Origin: Candidatus Saccharimonadia bacterium
GTDB taxonomy: Bacteria > Patescibacteriota > Saccharimonadia > UBA4664
Assembly: GCA_041743505.1 (NCBI GenBank)
Contig: JBGTMQ010000008.1
Location: 69,183-133,182, forward strand
Reading direction: 5' to 3'
DNA: 64,000 nucleotides
Shown here: one piece after another, positions 21,187 to 31,581 of the stretch
Numbering within the stretch: position 1 is the stretch's first letter
Layout: the number at the start of each line of letters is the position of its first letter
Program-made: the position numbers and the translations under genes
Notes under the pieces: generated by a model
The model's input: only the letters and a program-made list of their open reading frames with translations
Databases searched by the model: none
What the model was told of the DNA's origin: nothing

Positions 21187-21723
21187 ATGGACTTATCAGG
21201 CAAGACCGTGGCGATACTGGCCACCGGCCTATTCGAAGAAAGTGAGCTAGTCGAGCCCAAAGCCGCGCTGGACCGGGCAGGCGCCAAAACCGTAATCATC
21301 GCACCGCATGACGGCGAAATCCAAGCTCTGCGCCACGCCGACAAAACCATCACAGTTCCCGTAGACGAAGTCTTAAGTCGCGCCGCTCCTGAAGATTACG
21401 ACGCCGTAGTCTTGCCCGGCGGCGCTATGAACGCCGATCATCTGCGCATCGACAAACACGCCCAAGAATTCGTCCGCACCATTGACGAAGCCGGCAAACC
21501 AGTGGCCGCCATCTGCCACGCGCCGTGGCTACTGATATCAGCCAAGCTCGTCGAAGGCCGTAACATGACCAGCTACCACACCATTGCCGATGACCTCATA
21601 AATGCCGGCGCCAAGTGGACTAACCAAGAAGTCGTGGTAGACGGTAACTGGGTCACCTCCCGCAAACCGGCCGATATTCCAGCCTTTAATGACGCAGCCA
21701 TTAAGCTCATTGCCGAAGCGTAA
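21187..21723 (+). CDS. DJ-1/PfpI family protein
   Basis: Nucleophile-elbow AAICHAPWLL, 178 aa. Confidence 0.85.
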   Translation: MDLSGKTVAILATGLFEESELVEPKAALDRAGAKTVIIAPHDGEIQALRHADKTITVPVDEVLSRAAPEDYDAVVLPGGAMNADHLRIDKHAQEFVRTIDEAGKPVAAICHAPWLLISAKLVEGRNMTSYHTIADDLINAGAKWTNQEVVVDGNWVTSRKPADIPAFNDAAIKLIAEA

Positions 21724-21744
21724 CCAGTATGGTTTAATAAGGGC

Positions 21745-21999
21745 ATGAAGAAAGCCCGAACCAAAACAACGATCCGTGAAGCCGATAGTGTCTATTTTCT
21801 CAAAATCCTGCTGTTCTTTTTGTTAAGCACGATCTGGATTAAACATAACGGCTATCTAGTGTTTCCGTTGGGGTTGGCTCTGGGCCTTCTCTTTACCCGG
21901 TCAGACCATTTTGTCATCGACCGCAAAATCGAATATGCCATTTTAATCATCGGCACCCTCTTGAGCGCCTCAGTTGGCGGAATCTGGCTAACGTTCTAG
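21745..21999 (+). CDS. small hypothetical membrane protein
   Basis: 84 aa with two hydrophobic helices. Confidence 0.3.
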   Translation: MKKARTKTTIREADSVYFLKILLFFLLSTIWIKHNGYLVFPLGLALGLLFTRSDHFVIDRKIEYAILIIGTLLSASVGGIWLTF

Positions 22000-22000
22000 T

Positions 22001-22204
22001 CTAATAGTCCTCAAGCACACGCTGGATAGTGATCCACATAGTCAAAGCCATCAAACCAAATTGAGCCAGGGCTAATGCAACCCGCACTGGCGTGTAGACT
22101 GGTGGCACTAGGCCATATAAAAAGCCAATTGCAATAATAACGCCCAACAAATACATAAGCTGGCGGGCATACGTGAGGCTGGTGTATGAGTAATCTGGTT
22201 GCAT
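22001..22204 (-). CDS. small hypothetical membrane protein
   Basis: 67 aa with two hydrophobic helices. Confidence 0.3.
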   Translation of the reverse strand: MQPDYSYTSLTYARQLMYLLGVIIAIGFLYGLVPPVYTPVRVALALAQFGLMALTMWITIQRVLEDY

Positions 22205-22398
22205 ATAAATCCTAACTTATTTGTATCAATCCTCTATTGTATCACATAACATTACATTTGTCAATAAAGTCATCCATCTGAGTCTCGCCATCTCCCCATC
22301 TCTCACGGGTGACGTCACTGGAGGGCTGCCGACAAACACCAATCGTTAGCGACTGGTTTCGAGCTAGCCCCTGGTTAGTGAGAAGTTACTGCTTAAGA

Positions 22399-22442
22399 AA
22401 AAAGTAAGGCCCCGCCGCTCTATAGTGAGAGCGGCGGGGCCG
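22399..22442 (-). terminator. rho-independent terminator for the minus-strand gene at 22523-22885
   Basis: Perfect 13-bp GC stem (22409-22421 / 22430-22442). On the minus strand it is followed by TTACTTTTTT. Confidence 0.65.
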
Positions 22443-22522
22443 GATAGCGGACGTCTAACGGTTACCGGAGTTGCCTTCGATGTGTCGTCTGGACGGTCAA
22501 CCCAGCTTGTTGGGTAAAAAGG

Positions 22523-22885
22523 TCACGCTGAAATGGGTTGCGTCGCTTCTGTGGTCACACCAAGCTCAGCGTGGGCGAACCACTTGCCCGAGAGGCGGTT
22601 GGCTTCTCCGCCCCGAGCTGCCAGTGACGTTCCATCGGGGAGGCCGATGGTGATTTGCTGCGGGTGCCCGACCGCCTGGGCGTTTGAGGCGGCACAGTGC
22701 GACGAGTGGTTGATTTCGAACAGGCAGTAAGAGTCCGGATACTGGCAAGCCGTCTGCGGGTCGTGAATGTTTACAACCACGAACGGGCCGTTGCCATACC
22801 AGCTGACAGGGTGAACGCAGTCATCAAGTAGGCTCGGATTCCAGACAACGGTGTCGCCAGTCTTGAATAGAGTCGCGGTGCTCAT
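22523..22885 (-). CDS. hypothetical protein (120 aa)
   Basis: ORF track. The terminator hairpin lies directly downstream. Confidence 0.45.
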   Translation of the reverse strand: MSTATLFKTGDTVVWNPSLLDDCVHPVSWYGNGPFVVVNIHDPQTACQYPDSYCLFEINHSSHCAASNAQAVGHPQQITIGLPDGTSLAARGGEANRLSGKWFAHAELGVTTEATQPISA

Positions 22886-23027
22886 TTGAGTCTCCTTGAG
22901 AAGACGGGTTGTGAAGGCAGCTCGGCATTAGACGGGACATCCCGCCGAACATCTCTACATTATAACATAAAGCGAATCTAAACACAAGTCTTACAGCCTC
23001 TTCAAACGCTCCATCAAAACATTCTTG

Positions 23028-23057
23028 TTGACAGAGAGCCATCAGATAAGCTATAGT
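23028..23057 (+). promoter_or_regulatory. sigma-70-type promoter upstream of rplC, leading the S10-less S10/spc operon
   Basis: TTGACA (23028-23033), 18-nt spacer, TATAGT (23052-23057). A ~130-nt leader follows before rplC. Confidence 0.5.
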
Positions 23058-23188
23058 CGCATGGTATTTGTCGGTGCCTATGCATCACAACTCGCAAGTT
23101 TCAGCTAGGACATGAGCAGGTCTGAGTAACATCAGATACCACTCGTAGCCTGGAGCTTGTTTTTGCCAGACTTTCTAACAGGGTAACC

Positions 23189-23845
23189 ATGAAGGCTATA
23201 CTCGGAACAAAACTCGGTATGACCCAACTCTTCGATGAGGCTGGCAATGTAGCCCGCGTGACGCTGATTCAGGCTGGGCCGTGCACCGTTACTCAGGTGA
23301 AAACGGTCGAGAGCGACGGTTACAACGCCGTTCAGCTCGGATTTGGCGACGCCAAGTATCAGCCCAAACCCCAGGAAGGCCACCTTAAGGCCGCCGGGGT
23401 AAATTCACGCACTATGCGTGAAATTCGCCTCAACGCTGTTAACGCGAACCACCCCAATGCCAAGGCTCAAAGCGAAGCGGAAGCCACTGCGTTGGCGCTC
23501 GAGGTTGGTGCGCAGATAGACGTATCGGCCTTCGAAGCCGGAGATGAAGTCCAGGTAACAGGTATTTCCAAGGGTAAGGGCTTTGCCGGCACCATCAAGC
23601 GCCACAACTTCCACCGCGGGCCCAAGACACACGGTTCACACAACTACCGTGCACCCGGCTCAATCGGCGCCGGTTACCCCGAGCATGTCTTTAAAGGTAT
23701 GCGCATGGCCGGCCAGATGGGCAACGCACAGGTAACCGTCAAAGGGCTCAAGGTCGTCATCGTCGATGCCGGCCGGAATGTCCTAGCAATCAAAGGCGCG
23801 GTACCCGGTCCCAAGCGCGGCACTGTAATGGTGAGAGGCTTCTAA
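23189..23845 (+). CDS. rplC: 50S ribosomal protein L3
   Basis: MKAILGTKLGMTQLFDEAGNVARVTLIQAGPCTVTQVK. Confidence 0.95.
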   Translation: MKAILGTKLGMTQLFDEAGNVARVTLIQAGPCTVTQVKTVESDGYNAVQLGFGDAKYQPKPQEGHLKAAGVNSRTMREIRLNAVNANHPNAKAQSEAEATALALEVGAQIDVSAFEAGDEVQVTGISKGKGFAGTIKRHNFHRGPKTHGSHNYRAPGSIGAGYPEHVFKGMRMAGQMGNAQVTVKGLKVVIVDAGRNVLAIKGAVPGPKRGTVMVRGF

Positions 23846-24480
23846 TGGCAACAGCGGTATCCTACTCCAAGACCGGCGCCAAGCACGACGCCGCAGCCAA
23901 GCTCAACAAGAGCATCTTTGGACTCGAAGCCAACCACGAATTAGTTGGACAAGCCTACCGGACATACTTAGCTAACGGCCGTGCCACGAGCGCCACTACG
24001 CTTAAACGCGGAGAAGTTCGCGGCGGCGGCAAGAAGCCATGGCGTCAAAAAGGCACCGGCCGTGCTCGCGTCGGTTCTATCCGCGTACCGAACTGGCGCG
24101 GCGGTGGCGTGATATTCGGCCCATCGGGCAACGAAAACTATAGCTTGACGCTGCCACTCAAGATGAAGCGCCAAGCCATCCGCCAGGCTCTCAGTCTGCA
24201 AGCCGGTGCCAGCCGCATCGCCACTATCGAAGCCTTTGACAGCCAGCAAGGCCGCGTTCGGCCAACCGTCGAGCTGCTCAGCAAGCTCGGTCTTGCCGGC
24301 AACGTCGTACTCGTGCTAGCAGCCAAAACTGATCTAACTGAGCGGGCTACCCGCAATATTTCCGGCCTGGAAGTCGTTTCGGCTACTTACCTTAACGTTT
24401 ATACAATTATGAATGCCGACCACATCATCTTCACAACAGACGCCCTCGAAACTGTTAACAGCTGGTTGGGAGAGAAATAA
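23845..24480 (+). CDS. rplD: 50S ribosomal protein L4
   Basis: RGGGKKPWRQKGTGRARVGSIRVPNWRGGG. Confidence 0.95.
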   Translation: MATAVSYSKTGAKHDAAAKLNKSIFGLEANHELVGQAYRTYLANGRATSATTLKRGEVRGGGKKPWRQKGTGRARVGSIRVPNWRGGGVIFGPSGNENYSLTLPLKMKRQAIRQALSLQAGASRIATIEAFDSQQGRVRPTVELLSKLGLAGNVVLVLAAKTDLTERATRNISGLEVVSATYLNVYTIMNADHIIFTTDALETVNSWLGEK

Positions 24481-24761
24481 TGAGTCAGTTAATCCTTACC
24501 CCCAAGATCAGCGAGAAAGCCATGCATTTGGCTGAACGCGGAATTTATGTTTTTGAAGTCCCCACAAACACCAACAAAATTGAGGTCGCCAAGGCAGTCG
24601 AAGCCGCCTTCAAGGTCAATGTTACTGACGTCAACATAGTCATCGCCAAAGGCAAGGTCAAGCGGTTCCGCCGCTTCCTGGGTCGTGAACGCGACGTCAA
24701 AAAGGCTATGGTTAAGGTCAAGGCTGGTCAAGCGATCACCTTGTTTGAGAAGGGTAAATAA
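24480..24761 (+). CDS. rplW: 50S ribosomal protein L23
   Basis: Position in operon. 93 aa with KISEKAM...YVFEV...KIEVAKAVE. Confidence 0.9.
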   Translation: MSQLILTPKISEKAMHLAERGIYVFEVPTNTNKIEVAKAVEAAFKVNVTDVNIVIAKGKVKRFRRFLGRERDVKKAMVKVKAGQAITLFEKGK

Positions 24762-25612
24762 TGGCAGTTAAACTCTTGCGACCAACTACTCCCGGCCGCC
24801 GCGGCATGACCACGGCTGATACTTCGGCTGTGACCAAGAAGCGTCCTGAACGTTCATTAATCGTAGCCAAGAAGGCCGGTTCAGGCCGCAACAACCAGGG
24901 CAAAATCACTGTCCGTCACCGTGGCGGTGGGGTCAAGCGGTTCTACCGCCTGGTCGACTTTGATTTTCGCTCGGTAACCTCAGCCGTTGTTACTGCTATC
25001 GAATATGACCCGAACCGCTCAGCCAATATCGCTCTGGTTCAAATCGATGGTGGCAAAAAAGCCTACGTCCTAGCCGGTTCCGGCATGAAGGTCGGCGATC
25101 AGCTGGCCTCAGGAGAAGAAGCCGCCATCCGCACCGGTAATCGTCTAGCACTCAAGAACATCCCGGCTGGTACCCAGATTTACAACATCGAACTGGTGCT
25201 CGGCAAGGGCGGTCAGATCGCCCGAAGCGCCGGGGCCAAGGCCCAGCTGGTCTCCAAAGAAGCTAGTCGTGAGGGTTTCGTGCAGGTCCGCCTGCCCAGC
25301 AGCGAGGTACGTCTGATCCATCAGGACTGCCAGGCCACCATCGGTACCGTCGGCAATGAGGCCCACCAGAACATCAAGTATGGTTCGGCCGGCCGTCGCC
25401 GCCGCTTAGGCTGGCGTCCGCAGGTTCGTGGTAAAGCCATGAACCCGGTTGATCACCCGCATGGTGGTGGTGAAGGTGCCCAGCCAACAGCAATTTATAA
25501 ATATGGCCAGAAGACCCCATGGGGTAAGCCGGCGCTTGGTCTCAAGACCCGCCGTCGCAAGCTTACCAATGCAATGGTTGTCCGTGGCCGCAATCAAGGT
25601 AGGAGACGCTAG
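24761..25612 (+). CDS. rplB: 50S ribosomal protein L2
   Basis: GRNNQGKITVRHRGGG...PVDHPHGGGEG. Confidence 0.95.
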   Translation: MAVKLLRPTTPGRRGMTTADTSAVTKKRPERSLIVAKKAGSGRNNQGKITVRHRGGGVKRFYRLVDFDFRSVTSAVVTAIEYDPNRSANIALVQIDGGKKAYVLAGSGMKVGDQLASGEEAAIRTGNRLALKNIPAGTQIYNIELVLGKGGQIARSAGAKAQLVSKEASREGFVQVRLPSSEVRLIHQDCQATIGTVGNEAHQNIKYGSAGRRRRLGWRPQVRGKAMNPVDHPHGGGEGAQPTAIYKYGQKTPWGKPALGLKTRRRKLTNAMVVRGRNQGRRR

Positions 25613-25885
25613 ATGAGCCGTTCACTCAAGAAAGGACCATTTGTAGACCAGCGCCTGCTGCAGCGAGTAGTCGCTTTAGGGCCCAATGATAAAACTGTGC
25701 TCAAGACATGGTCACGCGATTGCACGATATCACCAGAAATGGTGACTCACACCATCGCTGTTCACAACGGCCGGATGCACGTACCGGTTTTCGTGACCGA
25801 GAACATGGTTGGGCACAAGCTCGGTGAGTTCTCGCCGACCCGTAAATTCCGTCATCATGGCGGTAAGCTGGCAAAGGGTAAATAA
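25613..25885 (+). CDS. rpsS: 30S ribosomal protein S19
   Basis: [12 protein letters not shown]...[23 protein letters not shown]. Confidence 0.95.
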   Translation: MSRSLKKGPFVDQRLLQRVVALGPNDKTVLKTWSRDCTISPEMVTHTIAVHNGRMHVPVFVTENMVGHKLGEFSPTRKFRHHGGKLAKGK

Positions 25886-26298
25886 TGAAGACGAGCGCAA
25901 CAGCAAAATTCGTGGGCACGTCAGCTCGTAAAACCGGCTTGGTGGCTGGTCTTATTCGTGGACGCCGGGCAACTGACGCCCAAACCATCCTCGCCAACAC
26001 CGACAAACGCGCTACGGTGCCAATTGGTAAAGCGCTGACTTCAGCGATTGCCAATGCCGAGAATAACTTTAACGCCAAAGTCCGGGAGCTGGTTGTTGAG
26101 AGCGTATTAATTGGTCCCGGCCCATCACTCAAGCGCTCGCGCCCACGTGGCAAGGGTAGCGCTGCCCCGATCTTAAAGCGCTCCAGTCATATTACGGTGA
26201 TAGTATCCGATGGCAAGCCGGCTACCGAAGTGAACAAGCCCGCGGCAGCAGAAGAGCCAGCCAAGAACACTGACGAACCTAAGAAGGAGGCCAAGTAA
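25885..26298 (+). CDS. rplV: 50S ribosomal protein L22 (with K/A/E/P-rich C-terminal extension)
   Basis: AKFVGTSARKTGLVAGLIRGRRATDAQTIL... Confidence 0.9.
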   Translation: MKTSATAKFVGTSARKTGLVAGLIRGRRATDAQTILANTDKRATVPIGKALTSAIANAENNFNAKVRELVVESVLIGPGPSLKRSRPRGKGSAAPILKRSSHITVIVSDGKPATEVNKPAAAEEPAKNTDEPKKEAK

Positions 26299-26924
26299 TG
26301 GGTCAAAAAATCGATCCCCGCAGTATGCGCCTCCAGCTCAGCCGTGACTGGCAATCCCGCTGGTATGCAGACAAAGATTATGCCAATTATCTGATCCAGG
26401 ATCTCAAAATCCGTGGCGCTATCGCTGGGAAGCTCAACAAGCGGGCCGGTGTTGCTCGCGTTGATATTGAGCGTTCCACAAACCAATTAGTAATCACCAT
26501 TCATACGTCCAAACCAGGCGTAGTAATCGGCCGTGGTGGCTCCGGAGTTGAAGAACTCAAAAATATTTTGACCAAACTCGCCACCGGTCCACTCAAGGTC
26601 TCTATCGAAGAGGTCAAGAAACCAGAGATCAACGCCCAGCTCGTGGCTGAGAACATTGCCAGCCAGTTGGAGCGCCGCATCGGCTTCCGCCGGGCCATGA
26701 AAATGGCCGTCGAGAACGCCATGAAATCCGGCGCTCTGGGTGCTAAAGTCGCCGTAGCCGGCCGCCTCAACGGCGCCGAAATGGCCCGCCGCGAGTCAGT
26801 TTCACAAGGCAGCATCCCGCTCCATACCCTGCGCGCCGACATCGACTATGCCCGCGGCCTGGCCCGCACCACCTACGGCGTCATTGGCGTGAAGGTATGG
26901 GTCTATAAAGGCACGAAGTTCTAG
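26298..26924 (+). CDS. rpsC: 30S ribosomal protein S3
   Basis: MGQKIDPRSMRLQLSRDWQSRWYA; KH domain. Confidence 0.95.
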   Translation: MGQKIDPRSMRLQLSRDWQSRWYADKDYANYLIQDLKIRGAIAGKLNKRAGVARVDIERSTNQLVITIHTSKPGVVIGRGGSGVEELKNILTKLATGPLKVSIEEVKKPEINAQLVAENIASQLERRIGFRRAMKMAVENAMKSGALGAKVAVAGRLNGAEMARRESVSQGSIPLHTLRADIDYARGLARTTYGVIGVKVWVYKGTKF

Positions 26925-26933
26925 GATAAAACT

Positions 26934-27359
26934 ATGTTATTACCTAAGAAGACAAAGTATCGCAAGCAAATGAAGGGTCGTCTCCGCGGCGAGGCTTCGC
27001 GTGGCACCACCATTGCATTTGGTCAATTTGCACTCAAGGCCGAAACCGGCGAGCGTATTACTAGCCGCCAAATCGAAGCCGCCCGCCGGGCCATGACCCG
27101 CTACATCAAGCGTGGCGGTAAAATCTGGATCCGCATCTTCCCCGACACTCCCATCACCAAAAAGCCGGCCGAAGTCCGCATGGGTTCAGGCAAAGGCTCC
27201 ATTGATCACTATGCCGCCAAAGTCCGTCCTGGCCGCATTATGTTCGAGATGGATGGCGTCGCTGAGGATGTAGCCCGCGAGGCCATGCGCCTGGCCGCCC
27301 ACAAACTGCCGGTCCGCACCCGGTTCCTGGTCCGCGAAATCCCGGGAGAGGTTGAATAA
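26934..27359 (+). CDS. rplP: 50S ribosomal protein L16
   Basis: [19 protein letters not shown]. Confidence 0.95.
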   Translation: MLLPKKTKYRKQMKGRLRGEASRGTTIAFGQFALKAETGERITSRQIEAARRAMTRYIKRGGKIWIRIFPDTPITKKPAEVRMGSGKGSIDHYAAKVRPGRIMFEMDGVAEDVAREAMRLAAHKLPVRTRFLVREIPGEVE

Positions 27360-27568
27360 TGAAACATCAAGAAATTACTAGAAAAACGGACGCCGAGCTG
27401 GCTGAGCTGATTCGCATGTCCCGCGCTGATCTCGCCCAAGCTGTTATCGACAGCCGCACCAAGGAGACCAAGGACGTCAAGAAACTGGCCCGGTTAAAAA
27501 AGACCATTGCCCGCGGGTTAACCATCACTCGCGAGCGGGAAATCGCAAAAATGGAGGCCGCACAATGA
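27359..27568 (+). CDS. rpmC: 50S ribosomal protein L29
   Basis: 69 aa, correct operon position, TAATG overlap with rplP. Confidence 0.85.
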   Translation: MKHQEITRKTDAELAELIRMSRADLAQAVIDSRTKETKDVKKLARLKKTIARGLTITREREIAKMEAAQ

Positions 27569-27816
27569 TACGCACCCTGCACGGAACGGTAGTTTCCGAC
27601 AAAATGGACAAGACGGTTGTGGTTGCGGTTAACACCGTTAAAGAGCACCCGATCTACCGCAAGAAGTACAAAGTAACCACGAAGTTCAAGGCTCACGACG
27701 AAGGCAATACCTGCCAAATCGGGGATCTTGTAGAAATCACCGAGACCAAGCCGCTCAGCCGTGATAAGCGCTGGCTGGTAGCTCGTAAGGTAACCGCCAA
27801 GGAGATGGAGGCGTAA
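27565..27816 (+). CDS. rpsQ: 30S ribosomal protein S17
   Basis: [20 protein letters not shown]... Confidence 0.9.
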   Translation: MIRTLHGTVVSDKMDKTVVVAVNTVKEHPIYRKKYKVTTKFKAHDEGNTCQIGDLVEITETKPLSRDKRWLVARKVTAKEMEA

Positions 27817-27817
27817 C

Positions 27818-28186
27818 ATGATTCAGTCAGAATCCAGACTCAGAGTCGCCGACAACTCCGGCGCCAAAGAAATCTACTGCATCAAAGTGTTAGGTGGTTC
27901 ACGCCGCCGTTACGCTGCTGTCGGCGACATCATCACAGCTAGTGTCAAATCAGCCATTCCTGGCGCTGCAGTTAAGAAAAAAGAAATTGTACGCGCCGTA
28001 ATCGTCCGCACCACCAAAGAAACAAAGCGCCCCGATGGTTCCAGTATCCGCTTCGACGAAAACGCGGCCGTATTGGTCAACAAAGACGGCCAGCCACGCG
28101 GTACCCGTATCTTTGGCCCAATCGCCCGTGAATTGCGCGACGGCGGCTACATGAAAATCGTGTCGCTCGCGCCGGAGGTATTGTAA
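27818..28186 (+). CDS. rplN: 50S ribosomal protein L14
   Basis: [33 protein letters not shown]. Confidence 0.95.
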   Translation: MIQSESRLRVADNSGAKEIYCIKVLGGSRRRYAAVGDIITASVKSAIPGAAVKKKEIVRAVIVRTTKETKRPDGSSIRFDENAAVLVNKDGQPRGTRIFGPIARELRDGGYMKIVSLAPEVL

Positions 28187-28551
28187 TGAAACTTAAGCGT
28201 GAAGATAACGTCATAGTGATTCGCGGCCGCGACAAGGGGAAAACCGGTAAGGTAACCGCCATACTGCGCAGCGAGAACCAGGTTGTTGTCGAAGGTGTTA
28301 ATATGGTCAAGCGCCACACCAAACCGTCTCAGAAACAACCGCGCGGTGGAATCCTCGATATCACCAAGCCCATCGATACCGCCAAGGTTATGGTGCTCGA
28401 TCCGGCCAGCGGCAAGCCTGCCCGCATCGGTTACGAAATTAAGCCGGACGGCAGCAAAGAGCGCGTCTTTAAAGTCAGTCGCAATCATGAAGGTAAAAAG
28501 ACTAAAAAAGCCGAGCCCGCTGGGGACAGCGGCAAGGCAGGTAAGAAATGA
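28186..28551 (+). CDS. rplX: 50S ribosomal protein L24 (KOW; Lys-rich C-terminal tail)
   Basis: [23 protein letters not shown]. Confidence 0.9.
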   Translation: MKLKREDNVIVIRGRDKGKTGKVTAILRSENQVVVEGVNMVKRHTKPSQKQPRGGILDITKPIDTAKVMVLDPASGKPARIGYEIKPDGSKERVFKVSRNHEGKKTKKAEPAGDSGKAGKK

Positions 28552-29093
28552 ATCGATTTAAGGAAAAATATGTGAAGGAAGCCGTACCAGCCCTCAAGAA
28601 AGAGTTTGGATACACCAATCCCCACCAAGTACCTCGGATTATCAAGGTAGTGGTGAGTGCTGGTGTGGGTCGCGCAGTCAGTGATGCCAAGCATCTCGAT
28701 GCCGCGGCCGAGACTCTCCAGCGGGTCACGGGACAGCGCCCGGTAACTACGGTTGCCCGTAAAAGCATCGCTTCATTCAAGCTTCGTGATGGCATGAAGG
28801 TCGGCACCACCGTAACCCTGCGCGGTGAGCGGGCGCAGGAATTTTTGGATCAGCTGGTATCGGTTGTGCTGCCGCGTATCCGTGACTTCCGGGGTATCTC
28901 CGACACTGCCTTTGATCCGCACGGCAACTATTCTCTCGGCTTATCAGAGCACAGCATCTTCCCGCAAATTCCGTTCGAGGAAGTCGGTGTCGTCCATGGC
29001 CTCCAAGTCAACATCGTCACTACCGCCAAAACAGCCAATGAAGGCAAGCGGTTACTACAGTTAATGGGCTTTCCCTTTAGGAGGACTGCATAA
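28548..29093 (+). CDS. rplE: 50S ribosomal protein L5
   Basis: [33 protein letters not shown]... Confidence 0.95.
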   Translation: MNRFKEKYVKEAVPALKKEFGYTNPHQVPRIIKVVVSAGVGRAVSDAKHLDAAAETLQRVTGQRPVTTVARKSIASFKLRDGMKVGTTVTLRGERAQEFLDQLVSVVLPRIRDFRGISDTAFDPHGNYSLGLSEHSIFPQIPFEEVGVVHGLQVNIVTTAKTANEGKRLLQLMGFPFRRTA

Positions 29094-29278
29094 TGGCAAG
29101 AACTGCTTTAATCGTAAAAGCTACGCGCAAGCCAAAGTTTTCAACCCGCAAGATCAATCGCTGCAAGGTTTGTGGTCGCTCACGTGCCTACATTCGTAAG
29201 TTCGGCCTCTGCCGTATCTGCTTCCGCGAATTTGCCTCCCGGGGTCAGGTTCCAGGTATTACTAAGGCTAGCTGGTAA
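29093..29278 (+). CDS. rpsZ: 30S ribosomal protein S14, type Z (zinc-binding)
   Basis: 61 aa with [23 protein letters not shown]. Confidence 0.9.
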   Translation: MARTALIVKATRKPKFSTRKINRCKVCGRSRAYIRKFGLCRICFREFASRGQVPGITKASW

Positions 29279-29288
29279 GGAGTAAGTT

Positions 29289-29678
29289 ATGTTTTTCAAC
29301 GATCCAATCGCCGACTTGCTCACTCGCGTCCGAAACGCGGCCACGGCCCGCAAAAACACCGTGGTTATGCCATATTCCAAGATGAAAGAGCAGGTTGCTG
29401 GTATTCTCAAAACCAATGGCTATTTGGTAGATGTTCGCGTCGCTGAAGCGGGCGGCTTTAAGTCACTCGAGTTTACATTGCCCCAAGACCCCGAGGTTAT
29501 CACCTCATTAGTCCGCGTATCCAAACCGGGCCGCCGCGTATATGTCTCCGCCAAGGAGATCCCAAGTGTATTAGGCGGCCGGGGTTTGGTTATTATATCA
29601 ACGTCCAGCGGCATTATGTCGGGCCGCGAAGCCCGGGGCAAAGGCCTCGGCGGCGAATTAATCTGCAAGGTGTGGTAA
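29289..29678 (+). CDS. rpsH: 30S ribosomal protein S8
   Basis: DPIADLLTRVRNA. Confidence 0.95.
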   Translation: MFFNDPIADLLTRVRNAATARKNTVVMPYSKMKEQVAGILKTNGYLVDVRVAEAGGFKSLEFTLPQDPEVITSLVRVSKPGRRVYVSAKEIPSVLGGRGLVIISTSSGIMSGREARGKGLGGELICKVW

Positions 29679-29679
29679 G

Positions 29680-30219
29680 ATGAGCCGGATTGGACGACAA
29701 CCAATTACAGTGCCCGCCGGCGTTACCGTCGAGCAGACCGGTCATCTTATCAAGGTTACGGGGAGCAAGGGCTCTCTTGAGCTTCAGCTCATGCCCGACC
29801 TAATCCTGAATCAAGCTGATGGTGTATTAACGCTTTCTAGAGCTATAGAGACGTCAGAAACTCAGCGCTCCTACGGCCTCATGCGCACCCTAATCAACAA
29901 CATGGTATTAGGCGTTTCACAAGGTTTCACCCGCCAGCTCGAGATTAACGGCGTCGGCTTCCGGGCCAGCGTCTCTGGCAACGTCATTACGCTGAGTCTC
30001 GGATTCTCTCACCCCATCAACTTCAACTTACCCGCCGGCGTTGACGCCAAGGTAGAGAAAAATATCATCACATTGACCGGATATGACAAACAAGCCGTCG
30101 GACAGGTTGCTGCCAATCTGCGCGCTCTCAAGAAGCCGGAACCGTACAAGGGCAAAGGTATCAAGTACGTCGAGGAGCGGATCCGCCGCAAGGCCGGTAA
30201 GACCGCTACAAAGGGTTAA
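29680..30219 (+). CDS. rplF: 50S ribosomal protein L6
   Basis: MSRIGRQPITVPAGVTV. Confidence 0.95.
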   Translation: MSRIGRQPITVPAGVTVEQTGHLIKVTGSKGSLELQLMPDLILNQADGVLTLSRAIETSETQRSYGLMRTLINNMVLGVSQGFTRQLEINGVGFRASVSGNVITLSLGFSHPINFNLPAGVDAKVEKNIITLTGYDKQAVGQVAANLRALKKPEPYKGKGIKYVEERIRRKAGKTATKG

Positions 30220-30224
30220 AACTA

Positions 30225-30572
30225 ATGAATAATACACTACTACAACAACTTAATCGCCGCCGGGCCCGGGTTCGCGCCCGCGTGACTGGCACACCAGAAC
30301 GTCCGCGACTGTCGGTCAGGATTACGCTGCGCCACATCGTCGCGCAGCTCGTGGATGATACCACCGGCCGAACGCTAGCCTATGTCACCACCATTCGCAG
30401 CGACGCCAAAGGCAACATGACTGAGCGGGCCATCTGGGCTGGTGAGCAAATCGCCACACATGCCAAGAAAGCCAAGATCAGCCGCGTCGTCTTCGATCGC
30501 GGAGGCCGCATTTACCATGGCCGTCTTCACGCACTAGCCGAAGCCGCCCGCAAAGCAGGATTGGAGTTTTAG
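30225..30572 (+). CDS. rplR: 50S ribosomal protein L18
   Basis: RRRARVRARVTGTPERPRLSV...GGRIYHGRLHALAEAARKAGLEF. Confidence 0.9.
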   Translation: MNNTLLQQLNRRRARVRARVTGTPERPRLSVRITLRHIVAQLVDDTTGRTLAYVTTIRSDAKGNMTERAIWAGEQIATHAKKAKISRVVFDRGGRIYHGRLHALAEAARKAGLEF

Positions 30573-31073
30573 ATGGCGATTGTTGAGCAACCCAAAGAAT
30601 TTGAAGAAAAAGTCATTAATATTGACCGCGTCGCCCGCGTAGTCAAAGGGGGCCGCCGGTTCCGCTTCCGCGCCACGGTAGTGGTAGGAGATGGCAAAGG
30701 CCGGGTTGGCGTCGGCGTCGGCAAAGGTTCCGAGGTCATGACTTCAATTGCCAAGGCTGTATCACGAGCCAAGAGCCAAATGATCACCGTGCCCCTCAAA
30801 GACCATACCATCCCGCACGAGATTCAGGTCCGTTTTTCCGGCGCCCAAGTACTACTCAAGCCTGCCTCGCCCGGAACCGGCGTCATAGCCGGCGGTGCGG
30901 TTCGCAATGTAGTTGAGGTAGCAGGCATCCGTGACCTCTTGACCAAATCGCTCGGGAGCAGTAATAAAGTAAATAACGCTTATGCCACGGTTGTAGCGCT
31001 ATCACAGCTTAAAGCCGCCCCGGTCAAGGCCAACAAAAAGGCCGCAGCTGTTACCGAAGAAATAGCGGCTTAG
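30573..31073 (+). CDS. rpsE: 30S ribosomal protein S5
   Basis: [37 protein letters not shown]. Confidence 0.95.
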   Translation: MAIVEQPKEFEEKVINIDRVARVVKGGRRFRFRATVVVGDGKGRVGVGVGKGSEVMTSIAKAVSRAKSQMITVPLKDHTIPHEIQVRFSGAQVLLKPASPGTGVIAGGAVRNVVEVAGIRDLLTKSLGSSNKVNNAYATVVALSQLKAAPVKANKKAAAVTEEIAA

Positions 31074-31083
31074 GAAACGAATC

Positions 31084-31581
31084 ATGAAGATCCACGAATT
31101 AAGTCTCAAATCCGCCAAAGACCGCAAACGTATCGGTCGTGGTATTGGCTCAGGGTACGGCAAGACTGCCGGCCGAGGAACCAAAGGCCAAAATGCCCGG
31201 ACCGGTGGCGGTGTCCGTATCGGCTTCGCCGGCGGTCAAAACCCATTGGCTAAGTTGCTCCCTAAAAAGCGCGGCTTCAAAGCCATTTTCCCGGTAACAA
31301 ACCAGGTGGTCAGCATCGGTCAACTCGACCGTCTCAAGGATGGCGCCACGATCGACAACGAAGCCCTGGCTAAAGCCGGCTTCATCAAGAAGGCTGACGA
31401 GCGCGTCAAACTGCTCTCCGGCGGCGAACTGACCAAGAAACTGACTGTTAAAGTACAGGCAGCTAGCGCAGCCGCAAAGTCCGCCGTCGAAAAAGCAGGT
31501 GGCACATTTGAGCTAACAGAACTTCCGAAGGTTGCTAGCAAAAAAGCCACTCGTAAAACAGAAGATACCTCTGCCTCATGA
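31084..31581 (+). CDS. rplO: 50S ribosomal protein L15 (directly follows S5; no L30 gene between)
   Basis: GRGIGSGYGKTAGRGTKGQNARTGGGVRIGFAGGQ. Confidence 0.95.
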   Translation: MKIHELSLKSAKDRKRIGRGIGSGYGKTAGRGTKGQNARTGGGVRIGFAGGQNPLAKLLPKKRGFKAIFPVTNQVVSIGQLDRLKDGATIDNEALAKAGFIKKADERVKLLSGGELTKKLTVKVQAASAAAKSAVEKAGGTFELTELPKVASKKATRKTEDTSAS

